From positions 10,912,001-10,976,000 of the forward strand of contig NW_027361817.1 of NCBI RefSeq assembly GCF_039654945.1: 64,000 nt of DNA, written 5' to 3'. Positions 52,544-64,000 of the stretch are shown piece by piece. How positions within the stretch are numbered: the stretch's first letter is position 1; each line of letters begins with the position of its first letter. Under the pieces are notes generated by a model. It ran no database searches. It was not told the origin of the DNA and saw only the letters and a list, made by a program, of their open reading frames with translations. Source of the DNA: Dendrobates tinctorius (Eukaryota). The position numbers and the translations under genes are program-made.

Positions 52544-52862
52544 AGGGAATCTGTCCGTAGATTTAACCCTCCTAAGCCGTCTATATGGACATGTAGGTCA
52601 TAGGAAGCTGAACACAATGACACCTTGATATCTGTGACCCGATGTCCTATTCCAGAGAAATCCATATTTTTCTTATATGTAAATGAGCTGTTCAGGACTA
52701 TGGGACACACATAGATCTGTATGAGAATCTGGCTCAAGCAATACATGGATTCCTCTGGAATAAGACATTAGATCGCAGCTATTAAGGTATCTTTCTATTC
52801 AGCTTCCTATGACCTATATGCCCATATAGACGACTTCGGATGATCGATCCTACTGACAGTTT
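52544..52862. mobile_element. T2-type palindromic MITE
   Basis: TTAA|AGGGAATCTGTC start; fold-back interior; right end eroded. Confidence 0.6.
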
Positions 52863-55489
52863 GATGTGCAGTGGACATGATTTTGTGGCACTCATTGATA
52901 TAGGATTACAGTTTCTGCAGAGCCCCATCTGAATGGAGCATATGACAAACATGCGCACCTCCTCTCCATTCCTTGTCTATGGGACTGCTGTAGAAAGCCA
53001 AGTACATGGCTTGACTATTTGTGAGATTCTATTAGACAATGAATGGAGCAGTGGTTTACATGCATGACTTCCACCCCATTCAGATGGGACTCTGCAGTTG
53101 TTCCAGCTTTGCCAATCCTGACACTTCATGTTTACAAACGTAATGTAATGGCACGTCAGATCCATGATGTTACACCATTTCACCAAAGGTGGAAGTCGTA
53201 TCATACACAACTTACATAGTTACACAGGTCCATCAAGTTCAACCTTTCTCCACCAGTTATGCATTCTCTAGCACTAGATTACCCACAATGACATTTGCTG
53301 CAAAAAAACAATTAGCCTTTTTTTAAAACCTGTTATAGTATCTTCCATTATTACCTCTTGAAGTAGGTCATTTTACAGTCTGACAGCTCTAACTGTAAAG
53401 AACCCTTTCCTATTTAGCTACCAGAATCACCTTCCACCACATGCAATGAATTCCCCCCAGTGTTTTGTAGTTCTCTGGAAGGTATAAATTGTGTTCCAGT
53501 GCTTCATATTGATGACACGTGTACTTGTAAATATAAATGAGATCTCCCCGGAGGAGTCTATCTTCTAACCTCTCATTACAGGAGTGGCTTCCAACCCATG
53601 TAATATTCTAATTGCTCACCTTTGAACTGACTCTAATTTGCAAATATTGTTTTTAAGCTGGAGTCACATTAGAGTAGAGCATCTGATGCGAGAGCTCAAG
53701 CTCTGCTGTGAGCGTAAGCAGAGTTTCAGTGCTCTGTGCAAGAGAGAATCGCAGCATAGGTGTGGAGAAGACGGAGAAAGTAATTTCTCCATCTCCTCCA
53801 TTGCAGGCATCTGAGGTAATTGGACTGCCCTAGGATGACATCCGAGTACAGTCCGATGTTTCATATGCACCCATAGACTTGTATGGGTGAGCCTGATTTG
53901 ATTCTCAGATGCACCCACAGCATACTGCAATTGTTTTCTCATGCCGAATCAACATGAGAAGAAAGTAATCGCAGATCTGAACTGCCCCATAGAATAACAT
54001 TTGCCCGAGTGCTAGGCCATGTTTAATCACACAGCACTCGGCCGTGTTATACACTCGTGTGAGCAAACCCTTAAAGTGTGGATACTAAAACTGGATGCCA
54101 TATTCTAGATGTGGCTTTATAAGTCACTAGCTGAAGAGCCCAGCGTTGCCTGGGCATAGTAACCAACTGTGGTTAGTTATAACAAATTATAATGATTATA
54201 TTGCACATAAAAACCGTGCATCTAATCCTATCCTGTGTGATACTGTCTGCTGAGCCGTGTCTCTAATCCTATTCTGTGTGATACTGTCTGCTTACCCGTG
54301 TATCTAATCCTATCCTGTGTGATACTGTGTGCTGAGCTGCGTATCTAATCCTATCCTGTGTGATACTGACTAATGAGCTGTGTATCTAATCCAACTGTGG
54401 TTAGTTATAACAAATTATAATGATTATATTGCACATAAAAACCGTGCATCTAATCCTATCCTGTGTGATACTGCTTGCTGAGCCATGTGTCTAATCCTCT
54501 CCTGTGTGATACTGACTGGTGAGCTGTGTATCTAATCCTATCCTGTGTGATACTGACTGCTGAGCCGTGTATCTAATCCTATCCTGTGTGATACTGTGTG
54601 CTGAGCTGTGTATCTAATCCTATCCTGTGTGATACTGGGCTCCCCCTGCAGTCTGTGTCAGAGGGTGGTCTGTGTTGGCACGGTAATAAATTGTGTTATT
54701 TCCAGCTTTACAGAAGGACGATAACACCATAGAAATTATAAGAATAATAGGCCTCAGTTACCACAACTGTCTACAAAGAAAACTGTTGCTGATATCAACC
54801 AATCACAGCTCATTTTTCATCTTTTAAACAGCTCTGGGACAGCGTGGCGAGTTTTGAGTGGCGACTTTTGTGTTTCGACTTTTATGTAGCGAGGTTGGTG
54901 TATGTGTGGTGAAATGTGTGCTGAGGGTGGTATATGTGTTGAAGCACGTGGTAGTGTGTGGCGCATTTTGTGTGTGTGTGTTCATATCCCCATGTGTGGT
55001 GAGTATCCCATGTCAGGGCCCCACCTTAGCAACTGTACGGTATATACTCTTTGGCTCCATCGCTCTCAGTCCCCCTTGTTCACATCTGGCAGCTATCAAT
55101 TTGCCTCCAACACTTTTCCTTTCACTTTTTCCCCATTATGTAGATAGGGGCAAAATTGTTTGGTGAATTGGAACGTGCGGGGTTAAAATTTCACCTCACA
55201 ACATAGCCTATGGCGCTCTCGGAGTCCAGATGTGTGACTGTGCAAAATTTTGTGGCTGTAGCTATGACGGTGCAGATGTCAATACATACACTTTTTCCCC
55301 ATTATGTAGATAGGGGCAAAATTGTTTGGTGAATTGGAACACGAGGGGTTAAAATTTTGCCTCACAACATAGCCTATGACGCTCTCGGGGTCCAGACGTG
55401 TGACTGTGCCAAATTTTGTGGCTGTAGCTGCGACGGTGCGGATGCCAATCCCGGACATACATACATACACACACACATTGAGCTTTATA

Positions 55490-56710
55490 CACTCACTGGC
55501 CACTTTATTAGGTACACCATGCTAGTAACGGGTTGGACCCCCTTTTGCCTTCAGAACTGCCTCAATTCTTCGTGGCAGAGATTCAACAAGGTGCTGGAAG
55601 CATTCCTCAGAGATTTTGGACCATATTGACATGATGGCATCACACAGTTGGCGCAGATTTGTCGGCTGCACATCCCTGATGCGAATCTCCCGTTCCACCA
55701 CATCCCAAAGATGCTCTATTGGATTGAGATCTGGTGACTGAGGAGGCCATTTGAGTACAGTGAACTCATTGTCATGTTCAAGAAACCAATCTGAGATGAT
55801 TCGAGCTTTATGACATGGCGCATTATCCTGCTGAAAGTAGCCATCAGATGTTGGGTACATTGTGGTCATAAAGGGATGGACATGGTCAGCAACAATACTC
55901 AGGTAGGCTGTGGCGTTGCAACGATGCTCAATTGGTACCAAGGGGCCCAAAGAGTGCCAAGAAAAAATTCCCCACACCATGACACCACCACCACCAGCCT
56001 GAACCGTTGATACAAGGCAGGATGGATCCATGCTTTCATGTTGTTTACGCCAAATTCTGACCCTACCATCCGAATGTCGCAGCAGAAATCGAGACTCATC
56101 AGACCAGGCAACGTTTTTCCAATCTTCTACTGTCCAATTTCGATGAGCTTGTGCAAATTGTAGCCTCAGTTTCCTGTTCTTAGCTGAGAGGAGTGGTACC
56201 CGGTGTGGTCTTCTGCTGCTGTAGCCCATCTGCCTCAAAGTTCGACGCACTGTGCATTCAGAGATGCTCTTCTGCCTACCTTGGTTGTAACGGGTGGCAA
56301 TTTGAGTCACTGTTGCCTTTCTATCAGCTCGAACCAGTCTGCCCATTCTCCTCTGACCTCTGGCATCAACAAGGCATTTCCGGCCACAGAACTGCCGCTC
56401 ACTGGATTTTTTTTCTTTTTCGGACCATTCTCTGTAAACCCTAGAGATGGTTGTGCGTGAAAATCCCAGTAGATCAGCAGTTTCTGAAATACTCAGACCA
56501 GCCCTTCTGGCACCAACAATCATGCCACGTTCAAAGGCACTCAAATCACCTTTCTTCCCCATACTGATGCTCGGTTTGAACTGCAGGAGATTGTCTTGAC
56601 CATGTCTACATGCCTAAATGCACTGAGTTGCCGCCATGTGATTGGCTGATTAGAAATTAAGTCTTAACACACAGTTGGACAGGTGTACCTAATAAAGTGG
56701 CCAGTGAGTG
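55490..56710 (-). mobile_element. Intact Tc1/mariner DD36E (Incomer-type) transposon, 1221 bp
   Basis: Perfect 29-bp TIRs CACTCACTGGCCACTTTATTAGGTACACC, TA TSD, single ORF. Confidence 0.93.
55522..56562 (-). CDS. DD36E transposase, 346 aa, uninterrupted
   Basis: ATG to stop; paired [18 protein letters not shown]...[11 protein letters not shown] with 36 residues between D and E. Confidence 0.93.
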   Translation of the reverse strand: MGKKGDLSAFERGMIVGARRAGLSISETADLLGFSRTTISRVYREWSEKEKKSSERQFCGRKCLVDARGQRRMGRLVRADRKATVTQIATRYNQGRQKSISECTVRRTLRQMGYSSRRPHRVPLLSAKNRKLRLQFAQAHRNWTVEDWKNVAWSDESRFLLRHSDGRVRIWRKQHESMDPSCLVSTVQAGGGGVMVWGIFSWHSLGPLVPIEHRCNATAYLSIVADHVHPFMTTMYPTSDGYFQQDNAPCHKARIISDWFLEHDNEFTVLKWPPQSPDLNPIEHLWDVVEREIRIRDVQPTNLRQLCDAIMSIWSKISEECFQHLVESLPRRIEAVLKAKGGPTRY

Positions 56711-57271
56711 TATATTAGATTTCTGGAGGGGTAACAACACATTGGGATCACTTATTTTTATCTCTCTTTTTATACACCCTAAAATCTTGTTAGCTTTTGC
56801 GGCTGCTTCCTGACATTGAGTACTGCTGCTCAGCTTACTTGTAACTAGAATACCAAGTCCTTCTCCTGCTCTGTAGTCCAGAGTATACTCCTATTTATTG
56901 TATATTTGATTACTAAGGGCTGTGATGCATCACTCTACATTTATCAACATTAAACCTCAGATGCCAAGTGTTTGTCCATTAAGCCATCTTACCAAATCGT
57001 TCGGTAGTATTATATTGTTAAGATCAGTTTTTGTTATCTCATAAAGTTTTCTCTCATCAGTAAAGACTTACTTGAAGTCCTGTGCACAAGGTCATTAATA
57101 AAGAGAATAAAAATAATTGGGCTTGTGGTTCTCACCACTGATTTAATCCATTTACAGAATGTACCAATCACAACGACTCTGTTTCCTGTCCTTAACTAGT
57201 TATTTTACCCAACTGCATATAATGTAGTTTCTCCTAGTCCCTGCTTCTGGAGCTTCAGTACAAAGCTGTTA

Positions 57272-59925
57272 CAGTGGCTTGGAAAAGTATTCACCCCCTT
57301 GGCTTTTTATCTATTTTGTTACATTACAACCTGTGTGTTAAAAATTTTTGTAATATGATTTGTGTGTGATGCATCAGCACTAAATAGTCTAAGTTGGTGA
57401 AGTGAAGTAAGAAAAATATAAGCATGAATTAAATTTATGGGATCAAATAACAAAAAATTGGCATGTGTATATGTATTCACCTCTTTTGCAATGAAGCCCT
57501 AAACATTTCTGGTGCAAGCAATTACCTTCATAAGTTACATGCTTAGTGAGAGGAAGTTGCCATATGTGCAATCTAAGTGTCACATGGTCAGTCAGATATA
57601 CACTTTACCTTTTCTGAGAGGTCACAGGGGCTGCAACACTATTAAGAGGCATCACTAACCAAACACCATGACGACCAAGGAGATCTCCAAACAAGTTAGG
57701 GATAAAGTTGTTGAGACGTATAAGTCAGAATTGGGTTATAAAAACAATATCCCAATCTCTGATGATCCTCTTGAGCACAATCAAATCCATTATCAGCAAA
57801 TGGAAAGAACATGGTACCACAACAAAACTCAAAATTTGCCAAGAGAGGGCCGCCCACCAAAACTCTCAGCCCGGGGAAAGAAGGACCTTAATCAGAGAGA
57901 CAGCACAAAGACCAAAGGTAGCCTAAAGGAGCTGCAGAGTTCCCAAGCAGAGACTGGAGTATTTGTCCATACGACCACAATAAGCCGTACACTACATAGA
58001 GGTAGCCTTTATGGAAAAGTGGGCAGAAAAAAAGCCCTTACTTACACATTAAAACTGTATGGTTCGTTTTGAGTTTTCCAAAAGACATGTGGGAGAATCC
58101 CCAAATGTATGGAGGAAAGTGCTGTAGCCAGATGAGACCAAAGTTGAACTTTTTGGATACCAAGGTAAACGCCATATCTGGCGCCAAGACAACACAGCAC
58201 ATCACCGCAAGAACATAAACTACACAGTGAAACATGGTGGTGGCAGCATCATGTTGTCGAGATGCTTTTCAGCAGCAGGTACTGGGAGAATGGTTGGAGG
58301 AAGATGGACAGTGCGACATACAGGGATATATTTGAGCAAAACCTGTTTCAGTCTGTCAGCAATTTGTAACTGGGATAACCATCCAACAAGACAATGACCC
58401 AAAGCACACTGCTAAAGCAGTGGCAGTGTCTTAAGGGAAAACATGTGAAGTGGCCTAGCCAAAGCCCAGATCTTAATCCAATGGAGACTCTGTGATCAGA
58501 CTTGAAGATTTTTGTTCACCAGAGGAAACCATCTCACCTGAAGGAGCTGGAGCAGTTTAACTTGAGGAATGTGCAAAAATTTCATTGGCAAGATGTGGAA
58601 AGCTCACAGAGACTTATCTGGGTTGCCCTCCCAGGGCTGTGGGGTACTCGGTACCGGGCCGGTCTCTCAGAGGGGAATGTCACAGCAGCGGTGACCCGGT
58701 CCGTGGCCCTGGGCAACCATGTAAAAGGGAATTAAGTGATGAAATAAAGTTTATGAGTGAATGATTCGTGACGCCACCTGTGGTGTTCGGCAATGAAGAT
58801 CTTAAGCCGACGCTGCGGACAGATCCTCTGGGACAGATGGTGGGGTGCAGCAATGATGGTGTAGCCCTCCACAGGCAGGGCTGTAGTCCCAGGGCAGAGT
58901 AGATGAAGAGGGTAGGTGTGGAGGAAGAGGGTGTAGTGTTTGGCACAGAGCTGTAGCAGTGCTGGAGAGTTTGCAGGAAGAAGGCAAGGACACAACAAGG
59001 TGCAGTTCCTTTAACTTTACTTTGCTTGGCAAATGCAGTCCAGAGTCCAGATTACAGATGGCACAGGAGCTGGTTAGCCTGGAAGCAACTTAGGAATCTC
59101 TCTAAGCAGATGGGTTATGCAGTCTCCTTCCTAGCGCTTAGTTTTAGGTACTTGCAGTACTGTGTTACACTGAAGTTCCACTTGCTTATTCTCTTTAGAA
59201 CTCCCTCGTATGGCAGACAGCTGTAGCCTTCCTCTTCTGGCTCACACGTCGCTGTTGTGCCTCCGAGTTTTATGTGGGAATAGAGCATTTACAGCTTCCT
59301 ATTCCTCCGGTTTCTGTTGCAGGACCATCAGTGTCCATACAGCCTTGGAGACCGGGCTCCAGATCATGAGCTATAGCTGGGAATGAGCCTGAACTCTCTG
59401 CTCAATCTCCCAGGCCTTCTCCTCACGTCCACACACGTTGCCCTCCTCACACAAACTCTTAATTCTCCCTTCCTGGCCCCCAGAGAGTAGCTCCTCCCCC
59501 AGTTTTGGGTTCAGAGCTCCCTCTGCTGGCCTGGAGTGGGAGCTGTGTTGTGTGCTGTGGTTAACTGCCAGAGAGATCCTTTATTGCATCCAAGCATGAC
59601 ATCATACTCCCTAGGAGGAAGGCAATGCCACTGTGGCGACCATACTCCTGGGGACGCCACATTTCCAAAGGGACTTGCAGCTGTAATTGCCATCAAAGGA
59701 GGCTCTACAAACTACTGACTTTAGGGGGGGTGACTAGTTATGCACACTGATGTTTTCACTTATGGTATTTTGTTGTTTGCTTCATACTAAAAAAAATGTT
59801 CACAGTAGTAGGCATGTTCTTTAGATGAACTGATGCAAACTCAAAAAAACAGAGACATTTCAGGTTGTGAGGTAGCAAAACATGGAAAATTCTGGGGGGG
59901 TGTTGAATACTTTTGCAAGCCACTG
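57272..59925 (+). mobile_element. Decayed Tc1 element
   Basis: TA|CAGTGGCTTG...CAAGCCACTG|TA; MTTKEISKQVRDKVV remnant, many frameshifts. Confidence 0.88.
58619..59661. mobile_element. Solo LTR inserted in the Tc1 3' coding region
   Basis: TG...GACGCCACA termini; Tc1 sequence resumes afterwards; imperfect TSD TATC/TTTC. Confidence 0.65.
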
Positions 59926-60125
59926 TATGTGGTACAGTATCAAATGCCTTTGCAAAGTCCAGATAAATCACATCAGCCGCATTACCAACATCTAGAAAGA
60001 ATAAAAATAGAGTAGCCTATTTAATCAGCTTTAACAACAACCTTACTAACACCATTTCATATTTCATATTCAATTACATGGTCACGTATTATATATTTTT
60101 TATTACTACACAGAATATAGCTTAC

Positions 60126-60252
60126 CATGTTTTCATGCTTCAATAGGTTTACTGTTAGGCAGAAAGAAAAGAGAAGCTTGTCCTTTTCAAACAGAGAACG
60201 GCATACATTTTTGTACAACGAGTATGTGAAGTGATCCTTCAGTATTTGCAAC
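60126..60252 (-). CDS. DNAH7: Dynein heavy chain exon [42 protein letters not shown]
   Basis: [16 protein letters not shown] motif; ttttaag acceptor, GTAAG donor; phase fits previous exon (AG|G = Arg); 127 bp. Confidence 0.9.
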
Positions 60253-60859
60253 CTTAAAACAAAAAATAAATGTTGTTACCATAAAAATTGTTTTGTAGAT
60301 GCGTCTATTGCTTAATTGCTGAATTTATAGCTGGAATGCAAGTGCTGTATCAAAGAATTAACCTTGTGGCACTGCACACTGTCGCTCCTGTACAGTACCA
60401 TGTCTGTCCGATGTAAGCTATTGTCTTCTGCAGCAGTATAGGTTCAGTGTGATTTTACATCGTTAGATGGTTCTAGCAGAGCTCAACTCTCCTGTCCTGC
60501 TTGGCAACAGCAGTGAAGAGCTGAGTTTGTTTCCTGCTGCTGACAGATCAGTGATGCGAATCTGTACATGCTGCTCTGATGATGCATATGACATAAGATA
60601 ATCTTCTATCATATGCATCAATGGAGAGCCATTTGAAGTTTCACATAACTGGTCTCTCAGCATCAGGCAAAAACACAGCTCAACTAATTTCAGCTCCTGT
60701 ATATATCTCCGTCCTGCAGTATATGCTCTAAGCCCCTATATAATGAGCCCTATCCTGCAGTATGTTGCTCCTTTTAACCCCTTCCTGAAGTTTATAAGTA
60801 CATCTCTCCTCTCAGTCCCCATAAATACAGCCCCCTCCTGCAGTGAATCACTCCTCTTA

Positions 60860-61280
60860 GGCTAGTTTCACACTAGCGTTACAGGGCGCAGCGCACGGCC
60901 GCTGCTAAGCTCCGCCCCTGGCCGCGCCCCTCCGGTCATCTCCTCCTCTGATCGCATGATGCTGCATGTGATCAGCGTACCCTATATTCGGCGTTGGGTA
61001 CACTGGTCGTGCGCTGGCACACTTTTGCCAGCGCATCTGCCCTTTTGGCGCTGCGCCGAGCGCACAAAAATGCAACACGTCGGCACAGCGCCAAAAGGGT
61101 GGATGTGCCGGAAAAAGTGTGCCAGCGCACGACCAGTGTACCCAACGCTAAATATAGGGTACGCTGATTACATGCAGCGTCATGCGATCAGAGGAGGAGA
61201 TGCCTGGAGGGGTCTCGGATGGGGGCGGAGCTTAGCGGTGGCCGTGCGCCGCGCCCTGTAACACTAGTGTGAAACTAACC
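60860..61280. mobile_element. PIF/Harbinger palindromic MITE
   Basis: TTA TSD; GGCTAGTTTCACACTAG / CTAGTGTGAAACTAACC; about 420-bp fold-back. Confidence 0.85.
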
Positions 61281-61394
61281 TTAGGCACCAGAAAACAAGC
61301 ACACCGACACTTTTTGGGTATGAGCTCTGCATTGTAATGTGACATCCTCCTTCACAGAAGAAGCTCTGTATAGATACATCCCAAAGCAGAGATA

Positions 61395-63025
<1,631 letters not shown>

Positions 63026-63245
63026 TATGTGGGCAGGAAGTCATCTGAGAGAGACTGCTCCAAGCATGATCAATTAGGGCCTCAGGAACTACTAGAGAAC
63101 CTATAGAGGGATCATTCGGGGGGATTTGGGGGTGAGCGATATGTGCAAAATGGGGCAAATTTAAAAATGTGTTATATTGGCACAAACTAATAATTACCGT
63201 ATATTATTATTTAAGTTCACATTGTGATTTTGAGAATAACCCTTA

Positions 63246-63439
63246 GGCCACGGTCACACATTCAGTAGTTGGTCAGTATTTTACCTCAGTATTTATAAGC
63301 CAAAACCAGGGGAGAAACAATAACAGGAAAAGTATAATAGAAACTCGTCACCACTTCTGGATTGATCACCCACTCCTGGTGTTGGCTTACAAATACTGAG
63401 GTAAAAAACTGACCAAATACTGAATGTGTGACCGTGGCC
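63246..63439. mobile_element. PIF/Harbinger palindromic MITE
   Basis: GGCCACGGTCACACATTCAGTA / TACTGAATGTGTGACCGTGGCC TIRs, TTA on the left. Confidence 0.75.
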
Positions 63440-63601
63440 TATAAATAAGAATTCAGGTACTAGAAAAACTCACCAATTACTTAGTTTCCTACTGAATTCT
63501 CTAAATAAGCTTCTCTAAATATAAAACTTTGAGCACAATGAATCTGATAATTAATCACCAACTGTTATTAATACAGAAATAATTGACATAAATTAACCTA
63601 C

Positions 63602-63937
63602 CTAGTCAGCAAATGTTCGGACTTCTCTGAGTTGTCTATTGACATAATAAAAAGATTAATAAACCATGTAAGTGAATATTGGTACATGGGCTCAATGTTG
63701 GCTAAGTCAGCAATGGAAAAAAACAGAATTGATGAATGGATAGAGATGGGCCGGTATCCCATTCTGGTTGAATCAATCTTTTTCTCTGTCGCCTCAGCAA
63801 CTGTTTGCTTCTCAGAAATTTCATTTGCTAGAGCCTTGGAGGAAGACAATATTTTAATGGCAGTTTCATCTTCTAATATGTTGCCTTCTGAAGTTGAAAG
63901 TACTTCTAAGATCTTGTCTTCAATTTCCTTCAGCTGC
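63602..63937 (-). CDS. DNAH7: Axonemal dynein heavy chain exon (first in window), QLKEIEDKILEVLS...SEKSEHLLTR
   Basis: Translation matches the dynein heavy chain region after AAA5 (GNILEDE, PMYQYSL motifs) as I recall DNAH7; acceptor ttttttccag at 63938-63947, donor AG|GTAGGT at 63601; 336 bp. Confidence 0.9.
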
Positions 63938-64000
63938 CTGGAAAAAAAATGTGCCAAGTGTTACATGGAAGGATATGATGGAAAATAAATACAATAAAAA

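Larger units (their letters stand above)
54127..56719 (-). mobile_element. Non-autonomous Helitron, copy 3, with 41-bp minisatellite, interrupted by the DD36E element
   Basis: Minus strand A|TCTAATATA[insert]TATAAAGCTC start; GCCCAGgcaacgCTGGGC hairpin then CTAG|T end; repeat TATCTAATCCTATCCTGTGTGATACTGTGTGCTGAGCTGTG at 54219-54636. Confidence 0.85.
53213..59995 (-). mobile_element. Old CR1 LINE scaffold split by a Harbinger MITE, a Helitron and a Tc1
   Basis: CR1 3' end near 53213; collinear RT remnants at 53230-53660, 54074-54126, 56720-57270 and 59926-59995 (IYLDFAKAFDTVPH). Confidence 0.7.

Noticed and set aside
63632-63988. 118-aa plus-strand ORF
   Set aside because: Antisense shadow of the dynein exon

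Overview
Eukaryotic (vertebrate, most likely anuran amphibian) genomic DNA, not prokaryotic. The window lies inside an axonemal dynein heavy chain gene, best matching DNAH7, on the minus strand. Five consecutive GT-AG exons (928 bp in total) splice in frame across introns of about 3.3, 8.2, 15.9 and 29.8 kb. The introns are largely nested transposable elements: Tc1/mariner elements of four catalytic classes (DD34E, DD36E, DD38E, DD41D), three non-autonomous Helitrons carrying minisatellites, a near full-length Gypsy chromovirus, solo LTRs, two DIRS tyrosine-recombinase retrotransposons, CR1 and L2 LINE fragments, a Penelope-like fragment, and piggyBac/Kolobok(T2)/Harbinger/hAT MITEs. Highlights: (1) an apparently intact DD36E (Incomer-type) transposon with perfect 29-bp TIRs inserted in the 5' tip of a Helitron; (2) a minimal hammerhead ribozyme; (3) Helitrons that share termini but carry different minisatellites, one G-quadruplex-prone; (4) a self-priming PBS and an out-of-phase -1 frameshift signal in the chromovirus; (5) candidate spliceosomal introns in both DIRS elements. 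Family assignments come from motif recognition by eye; no database searches were run.
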